From NCBI GenBank assembly GCA_951406725.2, contig OX597838.1, forward strand, positions 14,756,001-14,820,000: a stretch of 64,000 nt of DNA, read 5' to 3'. Below are positions 38,941 to 52,590 of this stretch, one piece after another. The notes under the pieces were generated by a model, which searched no databases, was not told where the DNA came from, and saw nothing but the letters and a program-made list of their open reading frames with translations. Source of the DNA: Octopus vulgaris (lineage: Eukaryota). Position numbers and translations under genes: made by a program. Position 1 is the first letter of the stretch, and each line of letters opens with the position of its first letter.

Positions 38941-39680
38941 ATGTTGTTGTTTGAGATTCAGTAGTGTAGAGAGACATCAAGGCTCTGACAAAGTCACCAC
39001 TTTTGTAATAACATGATATAATAGACTTGTGTCATCATCATCATCATCATCATCATCAACATGCCTGTTTTTCCATGTTTTTTTTATGGTTTTATAGAAC
39101 TGAGTATCCCTGTTTTTTCCCTTTTTTGTCCTGTGTTGTTGTTTGTGAGGTTCAATATGCTGAGATCTCAACGCACTACATCTTCCACTCGCTCTCACTC
39201 TCTCTCTCGATCGATCGACACCTGTAGTAGAATCTTCATTGGTAGCCTTCAGCACTTTTAATTACATTCACGACCCTACTGTTGTATTTGCTTCTACGTA
39301 CATCAGGTATGGCTCTGTGATTTAAAAGCATCTTTCCTAACCATGTAGATTTGGGTTCAGTCCCACTGCATGGCACACTTGGACAAGTGTCTTCTACTAC
39401 AGACCTGGGCCAAACAAAGCCTTATAAGAAATTTGGTAGACAGAAACTGGAAGAAGCCTATTGTGTGTGTTTGTGTATCCTTGTTTTGTCATTATGTGAT
39501 GGCTACAAAAGAGCATCATCATCATATAAGCAATGTTATTCATTTCCTGTCCCTTATGGAAAATATGTCTGGCCATGGGGTAATAGTACCTTACCTGGAT
39601 GCAGGTGAGCATTGGTGACAGGAAAGGCAACTGGCTTTAGAAAATCTGTCCCAACAAATACCATCTGATGCATGGTAAAA

Positions 39681-39909
39681 GGCGGCGAGCTGGCAGAAAC
39701 GATAGCACGCCGGGCGAAATGCTTAGCAGTATTTTGTCTGCCGCTATGTTCTGAGTTCAAATTCCGCTGAGGTCGACTTTGCCTTTCATCCTTTCGGGGT
39801 CGATTAAATAAGTACCAGTTATGTACTGGGGTCGATGTAATCGATGTAGTCCCTTTGCCTGTCCTTGTTTGTCCCCTCTATGTTTAGCCCCTTGTGGGCA
39901 ATAAAGAAT
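39681..39909 (+). mobile_element. Meta-domain-type SINE with TSD, nested in an older SINE
   Basis: GGCGGCGAGCTGGCAGAAAC head, B box GAGTTCAAATTCC, Meta-like core, and 12-bp TSD TGCATGGTAAAA. Confidence 0.85.
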
Positions 39910-39999
39910 TGCATGGTAAAATGAGCATTAAATGATAATGATGTTGGCATTAGCTGTTGTTTTTAATGCCTGCTATTTTCTTGACCCTTCCTTCCTCTA

Positions 40000-40310
40000 G
40001 TTTCTCTACTTTCACTGTCCACTTTCAGCACTAATTAAATCATCAAGGGTACAGAAGCTATTAACTATGTCCATTAAATCACTTGAGTAACCCATGGAGT
40101 TCATTTTATGGATACTCCTACTGCTAATTACCCTTCCACATTTTGTGCATCTACAGACTTGGTTCTCTGTTAATATACCCATGATCCCCACCACATATTT
40201 AGTGTATCCATTGTTTACACTGAGTACACTGTATCAAGTACCTTGCAGATCAATCAGAGATGGCACTCAGATGTCTTTCTGTTTTCTATGAACTCCTACT
40301 TTGACTTTCA
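40000..40310 (-). mobile_element. Degenerate RTE-like LINE fragment
   Basis: IVNSFCTLDDLIS resembles the RTE motif VVDSFCYLGDMIS. A Cys-rich CTQCKQWIH segment lies upstream. Confidence 0.45.
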
Positions 40311-43300
40311 TTGACTCTTTCTTAATGCTAACCACTTTATGTGGCACCGACAACTGTGAAGGACAAGCTAGTACATGTGGATGACAGTGATATTAAGACA
40401 TGTCAAGCGAAGAAAATATTGCTCTCATCCATACATTCGGGCTTGTCTTTTACAGGTGTTGGTGCCACATAGCAAAAAGCACCAAGCACACTCTAGGAAG
40501 GGCATCCAGCCGTAGAAATCAAGCCACGACAGACAGTTGGAGTCTGGGCAGCTCCTGTAAAACCGTCCAACCCATGTCAACATGGAAAGGATGTGAAATG
40601 TTGATGAGGATTATGTTGACCTTTAGACTTTAGATCATTCTTTAGGTGTGGAACTTTGCTTGGTCTTTAACTATGTTGACTTTTGGAGTCTTGACCATTC
40701 TTCCACCTTTGCAACCATGTGGCTTCTGCTCAGCCCAGTTCTAGCAGACTTATGATCGAAGGTAGATCCACTTTGAGTGTTACTGAGGACTACACTACCT
40801 TAGGTGTCATTTTCCCCTTTTTTTATTATTAGATGATGGGATATAATTTGAGGGTGCGGGAGATTTGATTGTTATTGTCCCACATGTAAAATGTCCTACA
40901 TATTCAAATCAGAAACTGTCCATTATCAGAGTTCTCTAAGACCCCTTATACAAAAAAATAAATAAAATAAAATCTGTTGAAGCTTTTAATACCAAAACAA
41001 CGATTGGATAAAAATGGCTTTCAACACTCCATAAAGTTATTCAACATACTATAATTATCTGGTTAATTAATACATAATGATATTTTGCTTAATGTGTGAT
41101 TGCATGCATATCTCTGAATCTGTAAATTTGAAGATAGATTATTTTTGTCAGTGGCTCCCTCTATTGGATTTGCTGTGTGAATGTTTCTGCTTGACTTGCA
41201 GAGGATTCAATTTTGTTGTCAGCACATTATAGTAAACGGACTATTGAGTTGCAAATGCAGACACTGTGTTGGCTGTGTGTGTGTGTGGTTTTGGGAGTTG
41301 AAATAAATGACTCATAGTACATATGACTGGCCATGCAATTGTTAGCACTCAACTCATGTGAAAAACCTTGTAGTCTTCAACAAGTGAACGATGTTAAATA
41401 TTCTCAGCTAACAACAGAAAAGGATTTTTTTTATAGGATGTGAGGAAGTGTGTAATAGAACTCTCTTTTTCTCTCTCTCTCTCTACACACACACACTCAG
41501 TGCTGTGTGTCCCACACACACTTAACAAGAAAACTTCTCACACACTCTACCACAAGCCAAACTATGTCTCTACATATCTTCTCTTCCTCACATTTCTGCT
41601 TCATACACTATGCTTACTTCCCCCTCCACACTTTTTTCATGATATCCTGACACTTATATTGTGGCGTTTGAACCTCAAGGGTATGCCCTGGCACTTGTCA
41701 CCATCTATATCCCTATATTCCTTTCCCCAACCATCCCATTTATATTCCGATCCCTGTCCCTTTTGAGTATGCCTGGCACTTTGCCACCATCTCTGTCCTG
41801 CTGTCTCCTGCCTTCTCTATCCTTTTTCTTCACTTCCCTCTGCTTGGGTAACCATATATCTCCTCAGCAGTAGTGCACCTGTGTTTTCTCTTCATTCCTG
41901 ATCTCTCTCTCTCTCTCTCCCCCCGGGCCCCCCCCCCCCCCGGTATCCTTGTACTTCCTCTACAACAAGACACCTGTTTCTGTCTCTCTGTCTCATTATA
42001 ACCTTTCATCACCTTACTCAAGATCACCTCGGCTAATGCCCTTCCCCTCTTGAAAGTTTTTTTTCTGGTGCCACAAAAAAGAAATACCCAGTACACACTG
42101 TAGAAGTGTGGTTGATATTAGGACTTGACTTGAGCAGCTCAATTCATCCTCAATGCTGCATCTCTCACAAACACTGACCAGGCCTGGCAATTTGAGGCTA
42201 ACGACCACGTGATCTCCAACCACTCCCTGTTGTTGGTAATAGGAAGGACATCCAGCTATAGAAATCATGCTGAAACTAACATGAGACCTGGTTCTCTGAT
42301 CTGGTGGTAGATTCTGTCTAACTGTCCGACTCATGCCAGCATGGAAAGCAGATGTGAAATGACGATGATGACGATGATGATGATGAGCAGCATTGTCTTA
42401 ATACTTGCAGAGGTGTGAAGATCTAAGTTGAGAATAATAACTTACTACAACAACAACATGCAAATGGTTTTATTGAAGGATTAACATTTGCTGAGAAGGA
42501 ATACTTTAAGGATTCTCTGCTAAACCTAACCTGAAAATATCTGAAAAATCACTAGTGGTGGTGGTGGTGGTAGTAGTAGTAATGTACTAATGGCATTAGT
42601 TGTGGTATAATGGTGAACGTAGTGGTTTTGGTAGTAGCCATAACCATAGGTCAAAAATTCATGTCAAATGTAAAATTTTAGTTCGTTTTCTACCTATAAC
42701 AAATTATCATTACCCCTTTGATCCACCTCCAACTTAAAGCTAATAAGTACCTGTGCTATCACCCTGTCCCCTTGTCTGCTAATGAAGATAAGATCAAATT
42801 TCTTCCTTCAGCATGTGAATTAATATTATTGTGAAATTAATTTTTAATTTCTTAATAAATCCTCTTTTTTTGTTTTGTCTGTGAGTCACTAACATAACCA
42901 CTAGGTTTTTGTTTTCCTTCTCCAATTACACAGCAAATATTAATTAAGCAAAAATGTGTTTTGTCTGTCTGCCATTGAGTACATCATCCTTTAATTTATT
43001 TATGAAAATTCATATCAATGGCCCACTTGAATTACTTCTTTTCACTTATAATTTTTTTTCTCTTCTTAATTATATGCAAGTCTGTGAGACTGTTGGTTTA
43101 ATCTGATTTGGAAACATAATTGTTCTGCTCTAGTTATTAGATTTTTAATTCCCAGTCTTAGTTCTAAGTATTAATGTTTCTAGATATTAAACAAAAAAAC
43201 TTGTTTCACCCTATCACCTAAGTTCTCTCTCTCATGTCTCCACTTCCCAATCATGTGTCCTCTTGACTTGTGAGTCAATGATCTACAAAATATATGTTTC

Positions 43301-43550
43301 ACCCTCTAATCCCGACTGCTTCAAGCTTGTTAACCATGCATATCTACAATATAGACATTTGTCTGTAATTTGATGTTGTTTGGCTCCAGATCAGTCCAGA
43401 TCCAGCTGAATTATGATGGAGAATGTTATAAAATAGAATATCTCCATTGTTCTATTCAAGCAGTGTGTATTTAGGACTAGATTGTCTAAAGTGTTCTTTA
43501 TTTTATAAAGATAATTGTGAGATTTGAAAGAGTTTAGAATCAACAAGCTT

Positions 43551-44005
43551 AGGCATGGCTGTCTGGTAAGAAACTTGCTTCCCTACCACATGGTTCCGGG
43601 TTCAGTCCCACTGCATGGCACCTTGGGCTAGTGTCTTCTACTATAGCCTCAGGCTGACCAAACCCTTGTGAGTGGATTTGGTAGACGGAAACTGAAAGAA
43701 GCCTGTTGTATATATGTATAGGAGTGGCTGTGCGGTATGTAGCTTGCTTACCAACCACATGGTTCCGGGTTCAGTCCCACTGCATGGCAACTTGGGTAAG
43801 TGTCTTCTATTATAGCCTCGGGCTGATCAAACCCCTGTGAGTGGATTTGGTAGATGGAAACTGAAAGAAGCTTGTAATATATACATGTGCCTGTGTCTCC
43901 ACCATTGCTTGACAACTGGTGTTGGTGTGTTTACATTCCCACAACAAGTACTGGTGTTGATTCATTCAACTAAAAGTTCTTTAAAGCAGTGCCCCAGTAT
44001 GGCCA
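43551..44005 (+). mobile_element. CORE-type SINE with tandemly duplicated head
   Basis: Two successive tRNA-head plus CORE segments (43551-43710 and 43719-43880) share one tail. Confidence 0.75.
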
Positions 44006-45756
44006 GAGATATGGTTCTAAATAAACTGAGTGAAAATTAAAAGTTTGGTTGGCATGAAAGAAGACAGGACTCTGCTGCCACCTGGAAAAAGGCCTTGATG
44101 CTCAATGAGCAGAAACTGATTGAAAATCCATCTGATGTATTCATTGTAAACTAGAGGTTCACAAGAGATGCAAAGATACAGAGATGCAGACTTTGTATGT
44201 AGATGTACAGAAGTGATTAGCAGTAAGAAAACCTGTAAATTGAACTGTTTCAATTTTCCCAGGCAGCTCCTTAGAAGTAGCTGACAGTTTCTGTTGCCCA
44301 GAATCAGCAGTAGAAGTGACCTACCAAAAAAAAGCAAGGTAGTCAAAGTAAAAACGGAGGGGAAAAGTTAAAAGGAGTTGTTGCCTATAAATAAGCAAGG
44401 CAACAGAGAGGTTTTCTTTCCAGCAGAATACAAGATGCTTATGTACAAAGTGTGGTATTGCATAGTACACTATTATGGATAGGCATTGAATGTGGACAAT
44501 GTGTAATGTTTGTGTGTGTGTCTCTGTCTCTGTGTTTGTGAATATATGGTTTGGCAAATCAGATCGCAAATTTGCAAAGAAGACATGGAACAAAGTGTCA
44601 AAGACTGATCTTAGAAGGTTGAACTTGGAGGAGGTGGCTGCAGCAGTAGGGGAGAAGCTGTGCTCTAGAAGACTGATATATGGATGATATTCACATGTAT
44701 GTGTATATGTGTGTGTGTGTGTGTGTATGCTTACTGAATTATCAAGCAGGACATCTCAGTGTAGAGAGCATTATATGCAGTGGACAAAAGTGCATTATAT
44801 ACACACACACATATATATATATACTGTATATATATATATATAGATACTGTATATTTATATATATATATATATATATACAGTATATATAATTGCTTTCAAT
44901 TATATAGTTTTGATATTGTTTGCTGTCAGTTAAATGTACTTTAGAGTTTCTTCTAAAGCCTTCCTCTGTGTGTGTGTGTGTGCGTGTGTGTGTGTGTATG
45001 TGTGTGTGTGTGTGTGTGCAGCTACTAAAATACTAACATTTTGCAACATACCAAACATTCTTTTGTCCACTGTGGAAAAATATTCAGTAATTATAATTAA
45101 TGATTACAATTATAAATAAATATACAATAACTGCTTTCTCATTAGAAGAAAGTGAAAACAGAAACCGACGTCTTTCTCATCCTTTCTCTTTCTCCAAAAG
45201 TACTTCCTTCCACTTCCCCGTCTTAGTCACACACCCCTTACTCTTTCCTCTACTCTTCCCCCTCTCTCATTCTCTCTCTCTCTCTCTCACACACAACCCA
45301 TGACATCATGAATCATATTTTATTTCATCTTCATTTGCTACTTGTTATGTATAATAAGATATGCACTGCTGTGTGTGTGTGTGTGTATGTATGTGTTTAT
45401 ATGTGTGTCTGTGTAAATGAAAAGTGCGTGTAACAGTTTTCTTTTATTCTGAAATGGCTTAGAATGGCTTGGCATACATTGGACGTGTTCTATACATGTG
45501 TATATGTGTCCTTTGTTTTTCACTGTTGTATAACTGTGAAACGATGTGGACATGGGTGAGAAAAGCTATAAGCAAGTGCTTTCAAAGAAAAACACTTAAT
45601 AACTTAATTTTTTTTAAATTTCGCCCGAGTTTTGTCGACATTCCTTTTAGCTCCTGTTAGGAATCTGTTACTTGTAGGATATAAAACGTAAAAAGAAATA
45701 ATTTGATTAGTCTTTCTACTGTGGCTAAAGTTTTGGTTATCATCATCAACACCACC

Positions 45757-46190
45757 ATCATCATCATCATCATCATGATTTAACATCCGTTTTTCATGTT
45801 GGCATGGGTTGGTTGGTTTGACAGGAGCTGCGTCAGGCTCCAATTGTCTCTATGGCTGGATGCCCTTCCTAACGCCAACCACTATACAACGTGTACTGGG
45901 TGCTACCAGAGCTTTTTATGTGACACCAGCACCAGTGCCTTTTACTTGGCACCAGTGCCTTTTATGTGGCACCAGTGCCTTTTACGTGGCACCAGTGCCT
46001 TTTACGTGGCACCAGTGCCTTTTACGTGGCACCAGTGCCTTTTACATGGCACCAGTGCCTTTTACGTGGCACCAGCACCAGCACCAGAGCCTTTTACGTG
46101 GCACCAGCACCAGAGCCTTTTACGTGGCCCCAGCACCAGAGCCTTTTACGTGGTACCAGTATAGTGCTTTTTTTATGTGGCACCACCACC
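45757..46190 (-). mobile_element. RTE-tailed retroposon with internal 20-bp and 26-bp tandem arrays
   Basis: (CAT)n tail on the left. Seven copies of ACCAGTGCCTTTTACGTGGC (45931-46070), then longer variants. Confidence 0.75.
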
Positions 46191-47294
46191 AGTATCAATT
46201 CTACAGTGGTAGAGAGGTCTTCTTATGTACAGCAAGGCACCAAATATCTCTGTCCTTTGTCATCTCCTTCATAAGGCTCAGTGTCTTGAAATGAAATGTG
46301 ATTGGATGCAGACATTCAGAGAAAGTGCCACAATGAATTGGTGCTTTCAGCACAGAACTTATTTTCCAAAGTAAAACTATGCAAATCGATACAAAGTATC
46401 CATTTAATAATATATGTAATAATTAGCAGCGTGGTATTCATTTGCTCTCATGCTATTGAGATATTGGAAAACCAACAGAGTGAGTGAAAGGCAGTTGAAG
46501 TAGCAAGTATTTGTCTCGTTGCTTAGAGTAGCAGAGAAAGTGAAAGTGAAACATTTAAAATGTTATTTTAACACTTTTGTTGCCATATTTCTGTTGAGAT
46601 CCATTGTCCTTGCTTCTATTAATTTTGAAATTAATGAAGAATTTAGTGCAATAATTTTTATCATTAACCCCTTTGTTGTCATATTCCTATTGAAAAATCG
46701 GTCTTTGTTGCAATTAATTTTTGAAAATAATGGAAAAATTTAGTTAAATAATTGCCATTGTGAAGCTGGTGTTTGGAACATAACTAAATTAAAAAGGAAG
46801 CTTTTTAATTTAGATAACTTTAAAAAAAGAAAGTTTGTTCCGTAGAACCAAAGGCAGTTTCAGGTGGGATTTATGTCAAAAGGATTAAGCTGGAATTTAG
46901 CATTCAGATTATTCTGTCAAATGCAATACTTCTTTATTCACATTGTTTGAATTAATCATGCATTGTCTCGTAGCTTTCGAGATTTCAACTGTCGAATTCT
47001 TTATTCTGACAATGGCATTGCACACTAGGTGTGAGATGCCAAATATGGCCAGTATGAACATATATAAAACAGGTAGACTATTTGGGTTGGATGTAGCTGG
47101 TTTTAATGCAGTTTGTCCATCTTCACATTCTGAGTTGTTCAAACACTGCTGGGGACCACTTTGCCTTTTGCAAATTTGGGGTTTATAAAATAAATACCAG
47201 ATGACCACTGGGGTCAATGTAATCGATCCTCCCCCCACCAGTGTTTATATAACTTACCTGACATTTAACATTTCAACAGTGCTCTTTTTTTTTT

Positions 47295-47637
47295 TTTACT
47301 TGTTTCAGTCATTTGACTGTGGCCATGCTGGAGCACCGCTTTTAGTCTAGCAAATCGACCCCAGGACTTATTCTTTGTAAGCCCAGTACTTATTCTATCG
47401 GTCTCTTTTGCCGAACCACTAAGTGACGGGGACGTAAACACACCAGCATCGGTTGTCAAGCAATGCTAGGGGGACAGACACACACACATACATATACATA
47501 TATATCCTTATATACGACAGGCTTCTTTCCGGGGCTATAGCAGAAGACACTTGCCCAAGATGCCACGCAGTGGGACTGAACCCGGAACCATGTGGTTGGT
47601 TAGCAAGCTACTTACCATACAGCCACTCCAACGCCTA
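47295..47637 (-). mobile_element. CORE-type SINE with internal deletion
   Basis: Reverse complement of the family. The segment between CTTCTTTC and CGGGGCTATAG is missing. Confidence 0.8.
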
Positions 47638-48015
47638 TGATAAATATTACAATGCATCATCCCATGGCTGATTTGATGGTTGAGAGAGGGCAGTCAGGTC
47701 TGTTTCTATTGTTGGCTTCAACCAAAATAGAATCTCACACTGAGTCCCATTTAACCCTTGACCCCTATCCTTTACTGTTTAGTAATTATGTCTTGAAAAT
47801 ATCACAATTGCTAAACAGGGAAACTCCCGAAAAAGCAAAACTTGTCATTTGTACAAGTGAAAGGTGTTTGGCTGACAGTCTGGTCCAGCATTGTTGTTTA
47901 AGGAGCAATTTGTCATATGGAATACAGGTGATGTTTGAAGGGGTCGGGTGGTGGCATCAAGTGTACAAGATGCTGTTGATATGTGTATTTATAAGTGTGA
48001 GTATATACAGATAGG

Positions 48016-48330
48016 CTGAACTGTTCAGCATTGAAGCTACCATTGGCATGACATTGCCCCTCTGCTAATCAGGACATACATCATATGGAAGCCTCAAACA
48101 CATTTCTCCAGTCAACCAGACCTTGCAGAACATCCCAAATTCCATTTCCTCCAAGACTAGCTCAAGGCCACTCTCCTTCACTGTTACCTTGACCCGAATA
48201 CTGGGAGACAATCACCAAGGACTTCACAAAGTAGTGGCATATCATTGCCAAGGGAATGGTCCTGATGGAAAATAGCAAACGCTAAGAGCCAGAGATCAGA
48301 TGTCGAAGACACAAAGCATGACTCACACTT
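48016..48330 (+). mobile_element. Degenerate RTE-clade LINE fragment upstream of the U2 copy
   Basis: AELFSIEATI and YWETITKDFTK*WHIIAKG...RCRRHKA resemble the RTE motifs SIEA and WE.LA.DR..WR..I..G...KR..RKA. Stop codons are present. Confidence 0.45.
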
Positions 48331-48445
48331 CTTTGTCCCCTGCCAACCTTCCCCTGTGATAAATGTCCCCTCCCCCCAGCTCTTCTATATCACCCTTGGC
48401 CTAAACAGCCACCCCAGGCACCATCACATTTCGCACCCATCAAGA

Positions 48446-48621
48446 TCGGCCTTTTGGCTAAGATCAAAGTGTAGTATCTGTTCTTATCAGATATGATACG
48501 GCCCCTATTTGGGACCATTGATATTAAACTGATTTTTAGAACGAGGCGAAGATTTAGGGGCTTGCTCCGCCTTTGCCACGGGTTGGCCTGGTATTGCTGT
48601 GCTTCCAGGATTCAGCCCATC
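48446..48621 (+). pseudogene. RNU2: U2 snRNA retro-pseudogene, slightly 5'-truncated, fused to an RTE-type 3' tail
   Basis: Starts TCGGCCTTTTGGCTAAGATCAAAGTGTAGTATCTGTTCTTATCAG (stem I and branch-point recognition GTAGTA). Has an Sm-like GATTTTTAG and stem IV CCTGGTATTGCTGTGCTTCCAGG. The stem IIa loop is shortened. Followed by GTCCAACCCATGCCAGCATGGAAAGCGGACGCTAAAC(GAT)n. Confidence 0.92.
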
Positions 48622-49883
48622 TCCCACCCGGGTCCAACCCATGCCAGCATGGAAAGCGGACGCTAAACGATGATGATGATGATGAATGGGTATTTATCTA
48701 CATGTTTGCACAGGTACACAAATTTATCTGATTGTGTGCATGTGCGCACACACACACACACACACACACATACGCTGATGCAAGCAGAAACACTTGTCCT
48801 CCAGACATTTTTCTGCCAGTTGGTGTAATACGATTATTATGTTATTTCATACAGAGTGTCATTTTCTACTGTAACATACTTGGGTGTTAATATGTATGTA
48901 TATACTAACATGAGTGGCATTAACTATACGTTGTGAATTTCTACTGAATCATTCCCTGAAGGCTGGTTCCATCTACTCTTTCATTTGTTGCCTTTTAGGC
49001 TGAAGTCTTCATTTCTGAGCCAGGAAAATTACTTCTTGCAAATTCTTTCACTCACTGCATTCTCACCCTATGCACTCTGGTTGTATACTGATGTCGCTCA
49101 ATTTGCGGTTTTTCCTCTATGAAACTTATAAAATAAGACAAATCCAATATAGGTTTTCTTGAATAATGTTTGTTTTTTTATATCCTGAAAGTAAAAGATT
49201 CCAATAATCATTCTAGAAATTACTGAGACTAGTACAAGCCTACTATAATGATCGCATTGATGTATTCAACAACAGCCAGTGTTTTTCTGTTCTTGGAACA
49301 AATTCTAATTCTGTCTTTTGCACACATTCTGTGTTGTATTGTTTATATGTTGAAAGACATACAGAGACATGCACACACAAGCAACCCCCAAAATTATATA
49401 TATATATGAAGTCTGTTTTTATATTTATATATATATATATATGAAGTCTGTTTTTATATTTATATATATATATATGAGGTTTGTGTTGTGTTGACAGACT
49501 TGCACTTAAAATTCCTGCATTTTTAATCAGAATTTACTACAGTGACTACACTACTTATCTTACACACACACACACAAACTGTTTCTCACTGTATTTCTCA
49601 ACACTAATGATTTTTTTTTCTTCTCCCCTTCCTTCTTTCTAAATATACATGGTGACAGGTGTAACACCCGTTTTAATTCCTCCCCTTCTTCCCTCCCTCT
49701 ACAAATCGAAACATTGATGTCCAGGTAGTAGTCGTTTCCTTTGATTTCTAGATAGAAGCAAATAGGAAGTAAAACTTTCTCACCAAAGACACACACACAC
49801 ACACAAATTGTTATTTAACGATGCCTGAAAAGCCAGGAACTTTTCAGCAACCCCTTGTATGTATGTGTCTTGTCTGAGTATAT

Positions 49884-50052
49884 AGGTGCAAGCATGACTC
49901 TGCGGTAAGAAATTTGGTTCACAACCACATGGTTCCAGGTTCAGTCCCACTGCATGACATCTTGGGCAAGTGTCTTCCATTATAGCCCCGGGCTAACCAA
50001 AGCCTTGTGAGAGGATTTGGTAGATGGAAACTGAAAGAAGCCTGTTTATGTG

Positions 50053-50088
<36 letters not shown>

Positions 50089-50405
50089 TATTTTCCAGTT
50101 TCAGCTCTTGAGCTGTGGCCATGCTGGGGCATCGCCATTGTATATATATATGTATATATAAAATCAGGTGCAGATGTGGTTCTGCATGATTTTGTATTTG
50201 TCCACCCGCTCCAACTTGAGTGTTTGTGTCCCTTGCCAACTGGAGTGTTTGTGTCCCTGTAACTCTGTAACCTAGCAGTTCGGCAAAAGAGACCAATAAA
50301 ATATGTACCACACTTTAAAGAAAAGAAAAAAGTACTGGGGTTCCTTCTTTGACTAAAAATTCCTCAAGGCTCCAGCATGGCCTCAGTCTAATGACCGAAG
50401 CAAGC
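49884..50405 (+). mobile_element. CORE-type SINE, older and interrupted
   Basis: Family head and tail, with inverted and partial SINE pieces inside the (TA)n region. Confidence 0.7.
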
Positions 50406-50934
50406 AAAAAAACTACACTTTGTTGTTGCGTGTGTCAGTTTGTGTATGTATTTGTCTGTGTGTATAAGCTCTACGTTTGTATCTCTGTGTCTGTGTCTTT
50501 TGTCCTATTTATTTCTCATTGTGTTTGGTTGCATATGTTTGCCATTAGCTGTATGGATTTGATATTTTGTGTGTGTTTCTATATGCATTTGATTAATGTT
50601 TTCGTGCATGTGTAAACCACTTTCTATTGTCTCTCTCTTTTCTTACGAATGGATGGAAATCCCTTATCCTGCATTGATAAAATGAATTAACAATAAGTCT
50701 TCAAGTTTTGGGGCTCAGAGCCTAGAAAGTTACTATTTTAAGTAAAAGGACTTGTGTTTCAGAGAACAATTATTCGAAATATTTTTGAACTGAAATGGAC
50801 TTTTTATTTTTATTTTTTGCTTAATCCCCAGTACACACAAACAGATAAACATGTTCTCACTTTTAGTTTGTGTGTGTGTGTGTGTGAATTTACACACATT
50901 ATATATATATATATTATATATGTTATATATATAT

Positions 50935-50974
<40 letters not shown>

Positions 50975-51126
50975 TAATGTGTGTGTGATTGTTTAGCTTT
51001 CTTGTCTTTGAATAAATTTCACTACAGTTACACAATTTTATTCTGCTCATGGATCAATATTAGCTCTGTCTTTCTAGAAATTTCTATTTCTAAAATATAT
51101 ACACACATACATACATACATACATGT

Positions 51127-51161
<35 letters not shown>

Positions 51162-51793
51162 TATAAATTCTTACACAATTTTCTTTTTCCACGTTACTAA
51201 ATTCTTGTTGAGACTAAAGATTGGGTTTACCAATATTGGAATGTTTGATGCCGTTGTAGACTGCTGGCTTGGTGGTTCCTCCCTGGCCTTTACTACTCAA
51301 CTTCATACCTGCCATGAAGCTTACACAGAAGACACTCAGTCCCTATGTTTTGTTCAGACCAGCCTCAGAGTTTAGCTCAACAGTTTATGGTAGGCCCCAA
51401 CAAAAGACTTCTATGGTTGTTTTACCTCCCTCAGTTTTTCTTTTGCTGCCACCACTCTTAAAAACGTTCGCTGGTATGCATGGTGTTGGTTTCTTTCTTC
51501 TTCTTCCTCTTCTTCTTCTCATCACTTCTTACCATCTTCCAGTTATTGTTGCTTTCTCTCAATTTCTCTTTCATAAGTTTGTCTCTCGATATATCTTTCT
51601 CTTGCCTCGTGTTGTGTATACATGTGTGTATACACGTATATATACTCACAGTTATTCACACACATGCACAATCATGTATGCACACAGCCCCACAAGTCAC
51701 TCTGCCATTTCGTATATGCTTATTAAATGATAGCATTTCTCTTGGGCACTGTGTGGGTATGTGTGTGACTGTGTGTATATATATATATAATGA

Positions 51794-51846
<53 letters not shown>

Positions 51847-51865
51847 ATCACAAATATACAGACAC

Positions 51866-51908
<43 letters not shown>

Positions 51909-52527
51909 TGATGATGATGATAATAATAATAATAATATATAGTGATGATAGTAATAATGATAAGGTTGGTCAGAAGAATTTAAGGAATTGTGCCCTAGTT
52001 ATAGGACATAACGTATACAAAAAGTCTTCAAATATTTCAAGGAAATGAAATGAAGTAGAATAAGATATTTATGTCATTATGTTTAAGAATTTGTTACGTA
52101 GTGAAGTCAATATTTCATTTTGTTTTACTTTGTTTTATTTCATTCTTTTAGAAAATCTGGAGAATTTCTCTGTTGCTTTATATAAATAAACTAAGGTACA
52201 ATTCCTTCATTTCTTCTGGCTAAGCTTATTATCATTACTAAAAGTTATATACATATATATACATATATATATATATATATAATAATAATAATATTAGGGA
52301 GTATAACTCCAAACTTACAGGGAAAAATTCAATTTAGTATTAAATCAAATTTCACAGTATAAATATATAAAATATGAATTAGAGATAAAACCACTATTAT
52401 GCAACACTATATATATATATATATTGGTAAAAACTGTAAGATAACAAAAGAAAGTGAGAGACCTCAATATTATGTAAATAGAGGAAATTTATCTGTAAAA
52501 TAATATGTGACAATTATTCGGTAGCCA

Positions 52528-52590
52528 AGATAAAACTCTGAGTTTCGGATGCCGAGGGGGAAATCCACAACACCATCTCTTCGGTTATCT
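52528..52590 (-). ncRNA. Hammerhead ribozyme motif, U4C variant with long loop II, inside a 32-bp inverted repeat
   Basis: Minus strand reads AGAUAA-CCGAAGA-GAUG...CAUC-C-GAA-ACUC(A)GAGU-U-UUAUCU. 6-bp stem I and near-palindromic stem III. Confidence 0.6.

Noticed and set aside
45796-46294. Repetitive ORFs (APVPFTWHQCLLRGTSAFYV)n, also at 61186-61889
   Set aside because: They are translations of tandem arrays inside retroposons, with no splice or homology support.
48446-48621. Functional U2 snRNA gene, or the target site of a U2-specific element (Keno or Utopia)
   Set aside because: The 5' end is missing, the stem IIa loop is deleted and a retroposon tail follows. The U2 sequence is continuous through the region where those elements insert, and the upstream LINE remnant looks RTE-like.
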